Assembly: GCA_951406725.2 (NCBI GenBank)
Contig: CATOCA020000001.1
Coordinates: forward strand, 10,044,001-10,108,000
Origin: Octopus vulgaris
Lineage: Eukaryota
Length of the DNA stretch: 64,000 nucleotides
Direction: 5' to 3'
Below, in pieces: positions 27,416 to 41,790 of the stretch. Made by a program: the position numbers and the translations under genes. The notes beneath the pieces were generated by a model. That model was given only the letters and a program-made list of their open reading frames with translations, was not told the origin of the DNA and did no database searches. The first letter of the stretch is position 1. Each line of letters starts with the position of its first letter.

Positions 27416-28046
27416 GGAAATTATGTTTGATTTCTCTGGAATTACCAGTAGAATAGATGAGGAAATAAAATGATTATATAAAAGTGTAGATTTGTAAAGG
27501 AGAAAGAGGTGAATAATAATTGAAAAGTGGGTTTGTCGTTTATAGAGAGAGAAAGAGAGGGAGAGAGAGATTAAGAGACTAAATGGTGTTGGTGGTGGAG
27601 AGATTTCAAGTTATACATATGATATGTGTGTCATGCGTTTTATTACTTAAAGCATTGGGTTGTGGCCACGCTGGAGCTTAGCCGTAGGTGTTTAATCAAT
27701 CATATAAATCCAAATATTTTTTTAAAAGTCATGTACGTATTTCTACTCTAATTAGTCAGTAATTATTAATTTATAGCATGTTTTCATAATGTAAATTATT
27801 TGTGCATTTATATATATATTCACTAAGAGCTAATACGGCATATTTGGTTTATCGCCTCACATCGGTTGAGGACTCTTACACACAGAAAAATTTAATATGG
27901 AAGGATATTACATAGAATATTCTATTGAGTAATTGTAACATATTATTTTATAGAGAATTTCCTCTATTTACATAATATTGAGGTATCTTTCTTTCTTTTG
28001 TTATCTTACCGTTTTTACCAATATATATATATATGCACATACAAAT

Positions 28047-28110
<64 letters not shown>

Positions 28111-28114
28111 TACA

Positions 28115-28180
<66 letters not shown>

Positions 28181-28325
28181 GCACATACAAATGCTCTTCT
28201 ATTCCCATTTATGTTTTTCTCAAGCCATTATATAAACTATAAAAATGTGTCCTGCATTTTTATAAGAATAGAAAGGTTGAAATAAATATATGTCAGGAAA
28301 TTTAAAGGAAGAAAATTATACCTAA

Positions 28326-28721
28326 CTAGCAGTATCGCCCGGCGTTGCTTGGGTTTGTAAGGGAAATAACTATAAAGCATTTTTAGAGAGTTATAGCCAA
28401 AAAATAGCAAAAAAATGCATTAAAAATGGAAAAAAAAATGATGATAAATTTTTTTTTAAATCGTTGACTCATCGTAGACATTTTCAGAGAGTTACTTCCC
28501 TTATATAATAGCGAAAAAATGCAGTAAAATGGAAAAAATGATGGTAAATTTTTTAAAAATCGTAGACTCATCGTAGACGCGCGCTAATACCCAGAAGGGC
28601 TCGATATGAATCACGACTATAAGATACCCGGTTTTGTTTAAACTGCACCGCAAAATGTGGGAGTAGTTAGGAATCTAAATCGTAGGAGGCAGACACACAA
28701 CCTTACTTTTATATATAAAGA
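28326..28721 (-). mobile_element. Non-autonomous Helitron-type element (~396 bp)
   Basis: Minus strand begins A|TCTTTATATATAAAAG and ends ...cccaagcaacgccgggcgatactgCTAG|T: 5' TC, subterminal GC hairpin, 3' CTAG, A/T insertion site. Confidence 0.8.
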
Positions 28722-29624
28722 TTATACCTGATGGAATTTTGTATTTCAAGGAAATATTTTAATTTGTAAGTCAATTTTACAGGAATATAAAAAATATAAA
28801 CTCTTTTTTCTTCATGTAATTTAATGCAATCTCTACAATAAATTTCTGCCTTCAGCTAAAAAAAGGAAATATTTTACATTAATTTTAATTTTATGTGTAT
28901 AATTGACAAGTACCGATTAATATTCCTGAATGCAGTAAATTATTCCATTCGTCTGGCTCACTTCAGAGCTTCAAACTTCGTGCTGTGCTTCTAAAGAAGT
29001 GGATCTTTGTCATTCAGTGGTTGATATCAGCGGTCGTAGGATCGCGGTTTCGATTCCCAGACCGGGCGTTGTGAGTGTTTATTGAGCGAAAACACCTAAA
29101 GCTCCACGAAGCTCCGGCAGGGATGGTGGTGATCCCTGCTGTACTCTTTCGCCACAACTTTCTCTCACTCTTACTTCCTATTTCTATTGTACTTGTATTT
29201 CAAAGGGCCGAACTTGTCACTCACTGTATCACGCTGAATATCCCCGAGAACTACGTTAAGGGTACACGTGTCTGTGGAGTGCTCAGTCACTTACACGTTA
29301 ATTTCACGAGCAGGCTGTTCCGTTGATCGGATCAACCGGAACCCTCGTCGTCGTAACCGACGGAGTGCTTCCATCATCTACGCCTCTTTCTATAATCCTG
29401 GTGCGATATTTCCCTTGGCAATATTGACATTGTTGGAATAAAGCCCTGGGTGGTGTGGTCTTGAAGGAATGCTTTTTCAGTCTGTGGTGAATCTATTTTC
29501 TAGTTGATCTGATGTATGTGGCTTCACAAGACTTCACGTCTGGTTGACCACTTTTGAATTTAAACAAACCAGAGAGGTCAGATCTTCTGATGCTGTTTTT
29601 CAACTTATTTTCCCTCAATGTAGA

Positions 29625-29880
29625 CCCAGTGTTTATTTCAAGGCCTATGCTGCCTCCATTTCCTCCCTCTCTTATTCTTCTCTTAGCCTATGTTATTAAG
29701 TCTACTATGTGTATGTGTGTGTAATATATACTAGCAGTCACCCAGCTTTTGTCTCGGCGTGTAGTGTACACAAATGTATTCATAAAACATCTATCGTAAT
29801 GCTTATGTATTAAGATCTTAGTTAAAGGTTACTAGTCGCTCCTCTCCAAAAGATAAAGTTTTAAATTCCAACCTGACTTG
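29625..29880 (+). repeat. Local ~260-bp direct duplication (second copy ~31217-31480)
   Basis: cccagtgtttatttcaa...cttagcctatgttattaagtct...gtagtgtacacaaatgtattcataaaacatct in both copies. Confidence 0.85.
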
Positions 29881-30365
29881 TCGTTACTTTGATGTTTCCT
29901 GTTCTCTGGAGCAGGCATTTCTATCTGCGTTACTTTGAAGTTGTTCTGTTAACGTATATCCTCTTAAGCTGGCTTTTCTAATGGCTTGAGACTCGAACCT
30001 CTGTCGTTTCCCCTCTGGTGTCTCTTGTTCCCTCCAGTAGGCTTGCCTAGTTGTTTGAAACTGATGTTTTACTTCCTGTTGCTGTTGTGTCTCTACGACA
30101 TTTCTTTGTCTCCGTGCCTGTCCTGCCTTTCTTCTTGTGTCTCTATAGACCTTCAACTTCGGGAGCTTTGAGCTTCAGATGATTGAAAAATGTTATGTTG
30201 TCTTCTACGCATCATACTGAATGTTCTGAAGTAAAATATCTTTAAAAAATCCACAATAAATCCCGTAACATGCAATTCATTTTTGTTGTTTCTAAATTCA
30301 ATCACGTGACTTTATTTCATTCGTTTACCAAACTTCATAAAAATCGGTTCAATAAATTTTCATTT
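29731..30365 (-). mobile_element. Helitron-derived fragment with 23-aa ET..Q/E repeat (STPR-like) coding remnant
   Basis: CTAG end at 29731; ORF 29884-30156 has 23-aa periodicity (ETQQQQEVKHQFQTTRQAYWREQ / ETPEGKRQRFESQAIRKASLRGY). Confidence 0.55.
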
Positions 30366-31536
30366 ATCATTATACATCTATATGCACGTATGTGTATGTA
30401 TGTGTATACACTCATACATAGGCATACATATTTATATACACCAATGCATGTGCTTGTGTGTGTGTGTCTGTGTGAGTTGGTAAATGTGTGTTCGTGCCTG
30501 TATATTTCTTTACATTTCGTTCATCGATGAATTGTGCAAAAATTATGTTCATCTTAGAAAAGAAAATATTTTGAAAACAAATGAATTTAATATTGACAAA
30601 CAATAAAGAAGTGGAATCGAACCAGTGCGTGTGTTAATGATATTGACATAATGACTCCCTGGACACTACAAAATTCATATATGTATATATCTGTGTATAT
30701 AGTCACAGGAATGGCTGTGTGGTAAGAAGCTTGCTTCCCCAACACATGGTTCTGCGTTCAATTCCTTGAAGCCTTGAGATTGAATTTGGTAGATGGGAAG
30801 TGAAAGAAACCCGTCACATATTTATATAAACGTGTGTGTTTATATGTACTCTTCATCATCGATTGGCAACCGTTGTTGGTGTGTTTACATCCCCATAATT
30901 TTGAGGTTTGCTTAATGATACCGATATAATAAGTACTAGGCTGAAAAAATTTCCGGGGGTCGATTTGTTCAACTAGAACCCTTCAAGGCAGTGCTACAGA
31001 ATGGTCGCTGTCAAATGCCTGAAACAAGTAAAAGACTTTTAAAAATGAATATAAATATGTGTGTGTGTGTGTAAAAGTGATAAAGCCAAGTTTCATGTAT
31101 TTAACGTCTGTAACTGTAACTCCCTCCCACTCCTTTTGCTGTTTTAGCTTTCTTTCTCTTTATATACATATAAATTCTCTTTACAACTTCCACACTTCCG
31201 AACTTCAAATTGTAAACCCAGTGTTTATTTCAATGCCTCCGCTTCCTCCATTTCCTCCCTCTCTTATTCTTCTCTTAGCCTATGTTATTAAGTCTGCTAT
31301 GCGTATGTATGTATGTATGTGTGTGTATAATATATACAAGCAGTCATCTGGCCTTTGTCTCGGTGTGTAGTGTACACAAATGTATTCATAAAACATCTTT
31401 CGTAATGCTTATGTATTAAGATCTTAATTAAAGGTTACAAGTCGATACTCTTCACAAGAAAAAGTTCTAAATTCCAACCTTAAGTACACCCCCCCCCCCC
31501 ACACACACACAGAGACAAATTTACAGAAAACAAAAG

Positions 31537-31579
<43 letters not shown>

Positions 31580-32080
31580 CATGTAGTCACATGATCGACT
31601 ACACTGCCAGATGTTACACATCACTTGTCACAATGTGCTTTGCATCGTTTTACGTTTTGAATGATGCCACTCCACTGGTTAGGAAAGCAGGCGAACATTC
31701 GGAAGTCTTCGGAAAGGAAGGGCATTGCAAGAATCAAAGCCACGATCTAGCTATTGTGAGGGTAACACCCGAATCACTATGCCATACAGCTACTCACACA
31801 TGCACACGAGTATACACATACATAGACTTATATATTTACGTATATGCATATAAAGCAATAATTTTACACCTTTTCTCCATACTACCATGGGTTGTATGAG
31901 TATATTATTGATTCATTCATTTTGGATCTGGATCCCCTTCATGTTATTAACCCTTACCTGTTGTTCAAGGGATCACTTATTCTAATGGTTTGTCTATTAA
32001 CAGGGAAAATGATAATCTAATCGTTCATAGCAATTTTCAGTAAAAGCAAATGGAAACATACACACACACACTCAAGCAGG

Positions 32081-32128
<48 letters not shown>

Positions 32129-32455
32129 TTCGTACACTCACACAAACACACAGACACTTCATTTTGGCAGTTTTTTCACTGGTCCTCAGATTTTGTCAGT
32201 GGTGTACGATGGGCTTCTCTCAGATTATCTCTATTTAATCCACTCAGAAGCCTTGATCAGCCATGGGATTTAGAAGAAGTTACTTGCCCAAGGTGTCATA
32301 CAGTGGGACAAAACTGGTGGCTGGCGTTCGGAAGGGCATCCAGCAGTAAAATACCTGATAAAATAGACAGTAGCCCAGGGTAGTTTTTTTCTACCTGGCC
32401 TGCTCCTGTCACCCATCTTACTCATGAATGGATGAAAAGTGGACGTTAAGTGATG

Positions 32456-32511
<56 letters not shown>

Positions 32512-33101
32512 TGTATGTATGTATATATAAGGGAAATTTATTAAATAATTATGAATTGTCGTAAAGATATTTGCAAAAATCTATAAAGTAAGCACTTGTT
32601 GATAGTTTCTGATTTGATCTCATCTACTTTGCTAGTGTTTCGACAAAGATCAATACAGGAGGTTTTATTAAACAAAATCTGTTTCATTGATTCTTTTACT
32701 ATTTTTCGTAAATTTACCTTTCTCTGGAGAATCAGTTTGTCTTTGATGTAAAGTGCCCTCCACCGTAGCTGGGGTATGATCCACAGATTTATAGCTCAAC
32801 ATGTACGCTGCCTCTACGTAGCTGATCAACAGACTGTACATTCCAATATTGAGGGTTTAATAGTAACCAGTCAATATGTAATCTAACCTAGAGACACAAC
32901 ACAATGACTGTTGTTAGGTTTATTAGTGTCAAGAAGAACATTCAGCTATGAATAATACTTTAGATAAACTGAAGTTTACAATATCAATGTTATCTTATGC
33001 AAGATTTTAGAACCATTAATTTCTGTTTATTGTTGTTTACCTCATTTTATATGTTTTTAAAAACTGTTTTAATCTTTTTTGTCATCTTTTATTCAGAAGA
33101 C

Positions 33102-33179
33102 ATGGGCTCAATCGTTAATAAAATTAGAAATAATGATGTGGAAGGATTGAAAATCTTACTTGAGGAGGAGCCAGGCCAA
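33102..33179 (+). CDS. Exon 1 ([26 protein letters not shown]), ankyrin N-cap
   Basis: Acceptor ttttattcag ends 33096, ATG at 33102, donor GTAAGT at 33180, phase 0. The acceptor implies an upstream exon that I could not locate. Confidence 0.75.
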
Positions 33180-35724
33180 GTAAGTTGTTCTGTTTATTGC
33201 TTTCTCAAATTTGCCTATTTCTTTATTATTTTATACGCAATTTGAAAACTTCAAACTAACTGCATATATTTCTCCATAATATTTCATTTTTTCTCCATCT
33301 CTTTCCGCTAATCGCCATCAATGTTATAATGAAATTCTTGACCAAGGCAGCGAGTCGGCAGAATCGTTAGCACGCCAGGTGAAATGTTTAGCAATATTTC
33401 CTGTGTTTACGTTCTGAGATCAAATTCCGCCGAGGTCGACTTTTCTTGTTATCCTCTCTAGGTCGATATATTAAGTACTAGTTGCCTGCTGCGGTCGGTC
33501 TAATCAACTGGACCCTCCCCACCAAATGTCAGGCCTTGTGCCTTGAGTAGAAAAGAATATTATTCTTGACCAAATTTTGAGCATGGCAAAGTAGATGGAA
33601 TGTGAATGAGAGAGAAACCCATCATCACACACTGCAAGGGAGTATTCTGATATGAAATTTTCAGATGAGATGAGAAACAGATGGAGTCCGTAGATGGATG
33701 GTGACTTTTTAAAGAAGTCCTCTTGCCATACACAGTCGAAGGTTTTACTGATGTCAAGGGCTACACCATTTTATGCAGATTTTGCCAAACATGAAAACAC
33801 TGGTGTGTCACATAGGTACCAAGCCCCTCTTGATCTGGCTTTATAAAATTGTACTGGTGAGCCTTGAATAATGAAAGATAACTAAAGGGACAAATATGAT
33901 GGTTGTTTGTGACTTTTTACTTCATAATTGAAACATTGGAAGTTAGAATGACTGGATGGTAGTCACTCGATAAGATATTGTCTGCAGGAATATTGAGCAG
34001 GATTTCCCAGTGAGGTCAGTGCTACCAACGCGTGGGGGCGCTGTGGGAAAATATTATATGAGGTTATGTATATATGAAACACAAAGAATGTGTATCCGAG
34101 TTTAACTGAAGCTATGTATCAACGGTTGGATCAGTAAAGAAAACTAAGTGGTGAAGCATCAAGTATTCACTTATTCTGGTGAAGGTTCTGTGGTAAGTAG
34201 TCACCCATGTCACGACTAGGATCGAGAGGGAAATTAATGTGATCTGGTATTAACTGAAACGACATTAAAAATGTGTTATATAGATTCGTAGCAAGGAAAG
34301 GGACATTGGGAAATCCTTGGTAAATGCAAACGTGAGAGAATGAATGAAGAAGAGAGAGGAAAGGTAGAGAGAGATAGAAAAGGGAAAGAGAAAGAGGAAG
34401 AAAGAGAGAAAAGGCAATGAGAAGCAGAGAGAGAGAGATAAAAGTAAAAGAGAAAGAGAGACGAAAAAGAAAAAGGTTGGGTGAAAGAGAGAAAAGGAAT
34501 AGTGAAGGAGACAGAGAGAGAAAGAAAGAGAGAAAAGTAATAGAGAGAGAGATAAAGAAAGAGGAAGAAAACGAGAGAAATAGAGAAAAGTGAAATAGAA
34601 AAAGAGAGAAAAGAATGGGAGAGAGAGAAAAGCGGGAGAAAGAGAGAGAGAGAAGATGAAGGGAAAGAGAAAGAATGTAAGAATAGAAAGAGAAAGAAAT
34701 GAAAGAGAGAGAGAGACGGAGAGAAAAGAGAAAAAAGAAAACGAGAAAGAGGAAGGAAATGAGAGAGAGAAAGAGAGAAAAAGAAAATGGGAAAAGAGAG
34801 AGTGAAAGAGACACGGAGAGAGAAAGAAAGACAGAGAAAGTGAGAAATGAAAGAGGAAAGAAAACGAGAAAGAGAGTGAGAGACAAAGAGAGAAAAGAGA
34901 GAGAGAGAGAGAGAAAATGGAATTTCTCTATTTCACATGTCCTCACTTTCTTCATTACAGATTAATAAACCTATTAATGAAGATGGACGAACTCCTTTAA
35001 TGTTGGCCTGTTATGAGGGCGCCGATAGAAGAATCATCGAAATATTGATAAAAGCAGGAGGAGAGGTGGGAAGAAAAGACTCAATTGGTTATACAGCTTT
35101 ACATTGGGCTGTGTTTGGGTAAGTTGAGAATCAAGTAAAATCTGCAGATGTGTTTTTGTTTGTAAATTTGTTGCAATTGCAGACACAGGTTCAATGTCCA
35201 AAGACGCCATAGTTGTGGGACAACAGCACAACAGCAGACTAGCAAACAACAACAACAACAACAAGCTTCTCTTTAGTCATCGATCCAATTCATTAGTCAT
35301 TATTCAATCATAACAATCCCGAATATGATGATGATAACGGCGATGATGATGACAATGACGGTATTGGTGATGTCGACCATGATGATGATGTTGTTGATGA
35401 TGTTGATGATGATGATAATGATGATGATGATGATGATGATGATGACGATGATGATGATGACTGTGATTATGCCGATGATGATGATTATAATTATTGTGGC
35501 GATGAATGATGATGATGACGACGATGATGATGATGATTATGATGATGACGATGATAACCACGATGATGAAGCTGATGATGGTGATGGTGATGATGATGAT
35601 GATGATGATTATGATGATGATGATCATGATGTTGATGATAACGACGATGATGAAGATGATGATGGTGATGGTGATGATGATGATTATGATGATGATGACG
35701 ATAATGATGATGATGACGACCATG

Positions 35725-35756
<32 letters not shown>

Positions 35757-35790
35757 AATGACGATGATGAAGATGATGATGTTGATAATA

Positions 35791-35832
<42 letters not shown>

Positions 35833-36198
35833 TGGATGATGATGATGATGATGATGACGACGATGATTATTATGATGATTATCGTGATGATGACGATGAT
35901 GATGATGATTATGATGTTATTATTATGATGATGATGATGATAATGATTATGATGATGATGATGATATTGATGAGGTTGATCTTGCTGTTGATGATGGTGT
36001 TGATGATGATGATAGATGCGATGATGATGATGATGATGATGACGATGATAATGATGGTGATGATAATGATGATGATGATGATGATTATGATTATAGTGGT
36101 AATGAATGATGATAATATTGATTATGATGATATTGGAGATGTCAAAGATGATAATGATGATGATGGTGTTGGCAATGAGGGTGATGATGATGAAGGCT

Positions 36199-36237
<39 letters not shown>

Positions 36238-36966
36238 ATGTCAATGATGGAGGTGGTGGCAATGATGATGATGGTAATGATGTTGATGAACATGATATTG
36301 ATGATAATAGTGCAGGTGATGAAGATGGTGATGATGATGAAGGCGATGATGATGATGGCGATGATGGCGATGATGATGATGATGATTTTGTCAATGATGG
36401 AGGTGGTGGCAATGATGATGATGATGGTAATGATGTTGATGAGCATGATATTGATGATAATAGTGCAGGTGATAATGATGATGATGATGACGATAATGTT
36501 TCGTCTCAAAGCCAAAATATTTTCATATTTAATGTAAATTAGTCAATGTTTCTATCTTTTACTCTCAGTGGTCGACCTCATCCTGTGGAGATCTTACTAT
36601 CTCGGGGCAGTGAGGTAAGTATCTTATTTATATCCTTTCGTATGTTCTACTGAAGACGAAAGAATCTATTATGAGATTAATTTCGAAATTGATTCAATAT
36701 AGAAATAACGAACTTTTCAAAAAACATTCTATCGTCCGGCTTTCCCCGGTTTCAGTTCTTCGTGTTTTTTTTTTTCTGTAGCGAGTAAATAATATGTGGA
36801 AATTGACGATTTAAAAAAGTCTCTTATCAGCAAATTGTCATTGAAATACTTTTCTTTAGCCCTTATTTATAAGTTGTTTATAATTTAACTGTAAAGTTAT
36901 TTTAATATGCTGCCACATTTTTTGATGGAATATTTTTTCTGTAAAAAAAACTTCATCCTATATTAG

Positions 36967-37054
<88 letters not shown>

Positions 37055-37364
37055 TGAAGGCACGTGGCTAAGTGGTTAGGGCAATCGGCTTACGATTGTA
37101 AGGTCGTGAGTTCAATTCCCGGCGACGAGTTGTGTCCTTGAGCAAGACACTTTATTTCACGTTGCTCCAGTCCACTCAGCTGGCAAAAATGAGTTGTACC
37201 TGTATTTCAAAGGGTCTGCCTTGTCACACTCTGTGTCACGCTGAATCTCCCTGAGATACACGTGTCTGTGGATTGCTCAGTCACTTGCACGTTAATTTCA
37301 TGAGCAGGCTGTTCCGTTGATCAGATCAGCGGGGACCCTCGTCGTCGTAACTGACGGAGTGCTC

Positions 37365-37431
<67 letters not shown>

Positions 37432-37733
37432 TATATATGAGTATGTACACACACACACAAACACACACACACATATATATATATATAATTCCTGAGCCCA
37501 CGTATTTTTTCCCAATAACTTTCTGGTGTTTCCTACTTTTTAATAATAATCATTGATTTTCGATGACGATTATGTTGAGAAAACAGAAGCATTTGATTAG
37601 TTTCAAACCAATCACAACTCCAGACATAATTGTTGATTAAGACATTGAAAGGGATGGATTTTCAGAAAATTTCATTAAGAAATGTTTATATTAAAAAGCT
37701 TCATGAGGAACATACAACAACATATATATATAT

Positions 37734-37808
<75 letters not shown>

Positions 37809-37966
37809 CACAAGAATGGCTGTGTGGTAAGTCGCTTGCTTACAAACCACATGGTTCCGGGTTCAGTCCCACTTGGGCAAGTGTCTTGTACTATAGCCTC
37901 GGGCAGACCAAAGCCTTGTGAGTGGATTTGGTAGACGGAAACTGGAAGAAGCCCGTCCTATATATG

Positions 37967-37998
<32 letters not shown>

Positions 37999-38771
37999 GT
38001 GTTTGAGTGTGCGTGTTTGTTACTCACCATCGCTTGACAACCGATGCTAGTGTGTTTACGCCCCCGTAACTTAGCGGTTCGGCAAAGAGATCGATAGAAT
38101 AAGTACTAGACTTACAAAGAATAAGTCCTGATGGCAATTTCCTCGACTAAATGTGGTGCTCCATCATGGCCACAGTCAAATGATGGAAACAAGCAAAAGA
38201 GTAAAAAAGATCTATTTACATACACACACACACACACACACATGTGTGAGAGAGAGGCGCAGGTGTGGCTTTGTGGTAAGTAACTTGCTTACCAACCACA
38301 TGGTTCCCGGTTCATTTTCACTGCATGGCACAATGTACAAGTGTCTTCTGCTATAGCCTCAGGCTGAGCAAACCTTGTGAGTCGATTTGGTAGATGGAGA
38401 CTGAAAGAAGCTCGTCGTATGTATATATATATAAATATGTATAAATCTATATATGTGTGTGTGTGTATGTGTGTGTGTACATATATATATATATACACAT
38501 ATGAGTTTGTGTATGTGTGTGTTATGTGTGTCTGTGTGTACGTGCGTGTGTTTGTGTGTCTGTGTTTGTCCCCCAACATCACTTGACAACCGATGCTGGT
38601 GTGTTTACGTCCCCGTAAACTAGCGTTTCTGCAAAAGAAGCGAATAAAATAAGTACTAGGCTTACTGGGGTCGATTTGCTCGACTAACGACAGTGCTCCA
38701 GCATGGCCACATTCACATGACTGAAACAAATGAAAGAATAAATGTAACTGTGAACATACACACACGCGAAC

Positions 38772-38802
<31 letters not shown>

Positions 38803-40666
38803 TTTTGCTGCTCTATGTGTTTATTTATTCAGTTATTCATCCTATATGCGTGTGTTTGTGTGTGTGTATAAATATATTTATATGTACATATGTATGTGTG
38901 TATACGCGTGTGTGTATATACAATAGAAATCTGCATTACCTACTCCCCACCCCAATCATTCCACCTGTTTAATTAATTTCATTCCTTCTCTTCTCTTTTT
39001 CTGTGAGTTTTTCTTTTAATTCTTCACCACCCGACTCCCCTTTCAGACACCATTTTTAATGTTTTTATTCTTTTCTTTTTCAGGTCAACGCACAGTCTAA
39101 TGATGGTCGCACACCGCTGCACTTGGCCTGTTGGTTGGGATCCTTGAACACTGTCGAGCTGTTGCTGGGTCACAATGGCATCGATGTCAATGTGGTTAGC
39201 AACAATGGAGACACACCACTGCATGATGCAGTTCAGCGGTAAGTCCCCATTGGATCTGGAATATCCAAATCTGTTTCTTTTATGTTTTCAATAATGTTTG
39301 TTTCTTTTTCATTCAGTCATTCATGTCATAATCCCACCATGGGGTCATTGTCTTTCTTCTCTCTTTTGCACTGAAATTACACTGTAATCTACTTTATTAA
39401 TTAATCATCACCATAATTGTTATTGTTGTTGCCTGACTGGACTCTTTACTTCATCTCGTTCTCCATTTCCTCAACGTCACAGGTTCAAATCCTCTCTCTT
39501 CTTCCTTTCATCCCATCTTGAACTACTTTCTCTCTCTTTCTCTTTTTCTTCCTCACTCTCTCTCCTTTGTAGTTTCCCTATTTATTCCGACCCTGGGCTA
39601 AATAGAGAATCATCCTCTTACAGTATTTACATTTGTCTCTTTTATGTTCCATGTTCAAATCCTACCAGAATATTTACTATCACTCTGGGGTCAATATAAT
39701 CTGTACCAGTAATACCCAGGGGTTCCTTTAATAAACTGTCTTCCTTCTTTTCTCCAGTTCTTGTTTCTTATTACTTTTAGAGAAAATAAATTGTGTTATT
39801 TTATTTACGACTCTTTACGTTCAGAGTTCAAATCCTGCCAAGGTCAACTTCTTCCATCTTTGCAAGGTTGATAAAATACAATACCTGTCATGTACTGGGG
39901 TTCAAATGATTACCTGTAGCCCTTCTTTCCTTCCTAAATTTCATGTTTATATAAGCTGTCAGAATTCTTAGCTGTATTTTTCCTGTCTTTACATTTCTGG
40001 GTTTACTCAGGTGTGTATATAACATTGTTCTACTGTGTAGAGTGTGTATTGAATAAATATATATGTGTGTGTGAGTATGTGTGTAATAATTGCTGTAATT
40101 AAGTTATTGTGACCTAATTGCATTTGTTTTCTTTAATGACCTAATAATTATTATCTCAAGCTGTGTGATGTTTGTTTTTTTCATGTTTTTCTTTCCTTAT
40201 CCTTTACTTTCAGCCAACACTATAATGTGGTGTCTGTGATGCTGAACAAGGTTAGTTAATAAATATATATTATATACACTCTCCAGTATTATATTGATCT
40301 GTATAATATAAATTTTACCAATGTACCAGTGAAATAATGGAGATAGATTTAATCACATGTACTACAAAACCCTTGTGTTTGTGGAGGATTTGTATATTGA
40401 TCATGTTGATGTTGATATTAGCGGTGTTGACAGTCCAACTGACCACCACCACTGATAATAATATCTTTAATTGTCAAATGAAACTAGGTCATTATGAGAT
40501 GAACCAAAATATAACAGACATCATGTATATATATATTTTAATTGTTTGTGACTTTGACTGCGGCCATGCTGGGGCATCACCTTGAACTTTTAGTCAACTG
40601 TATCGATCCCAGTACTTTTATTATTTTAAGCGTATCACTTACCCTCTCAGCCTCTTTGCTGAACCA

Positions 40667-40734
<68 letters not shown>

Positions 40735-40963
40735 ACACATACATAGGCACACACATAGACACACACCTGTTATGAAGCTTCTTTCAGTTTTCATTTACCA
40801 AATCCACTAACAAGATTTTGTTCAGCCCTAGGTAAGGGTAGAATATACTTGCCTGAGTTTCCATGTAGAGGGATTCAACGTAGAACCGTATATGGTTGGG
40901 AAAAAAGCTTCTTACACTACAACCATGTATATATGGATGTGTGTGTCTATCTATTTCTTTCTT

Positions 40964-41026
<63 letters not shown>

Positions 41027-41179
41027 GTCTGTCTGTCTGGCTGTCTGGCTGTAGCTGTCTGCCTGTCTGTCTAGCTGTCTGCCTGTCTGTCTGTCTCTCT
41101 AGCTCTCTCTCTGTCTATCTGTCTATCTATCTATCAATCTAACTATATATATAAATATATATATATATATATACATACA

Positions 41180-41215
<36 letters not shown>

Positions 41216-41223
41216 TGTATATG

Positions 41224-41283
<60 letters not shown>

Positions 41284-41713
41284 TCATCATCATCATCATA
41301 CTTGCTTGGCTCAGATAGATTTTCTCGAGGCAGATTCTCCGCAGCTGGATGCTCTCCCTATCGCCAATCCTCTCCTCTTTCCAAGGAAGCTAACATTTGC
41401 CAAGAACTAGACATGTTCTCGCAGAATGTTGGAAATAAGAGACCCTGCTTATATGACAGTGGCACTCATTTACAACTATCACACAAATGTCAAGACAAAA
41501 AGACGCAGACACACACACACACGCATGCACACACACGCACACACACACACACACACAAGCGCACACACATAACACATACATTCATACATGTTGGCACACA
41601 TAAAGAGCTATAATAAAAGACGCTTGTCAGAGTTACATGCAATCAGATTGAACCCAGACCATGTTGTTTGGAAGAAAAGGTCTTAATACACAGTCATGCC
41701 AGCATATACACGT

Positions 41714-41790
<77 letters not shown>

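Noticed and set aside
34167-34965. 262-aa F/L/S 'membrane' ORF and E/R/K ORF
   Set aside because: Translations of the polypurine tract.
35304-36542. 405-aa poly-Asp/poly-Met and 403-aa poly-Ile/His ORFs, resembling acidic biomineral proteins
   Set aside because: A (GAT)n array open in several frames, switching between D and M runs, lying in an intron whose flanking exons join in phase without it.
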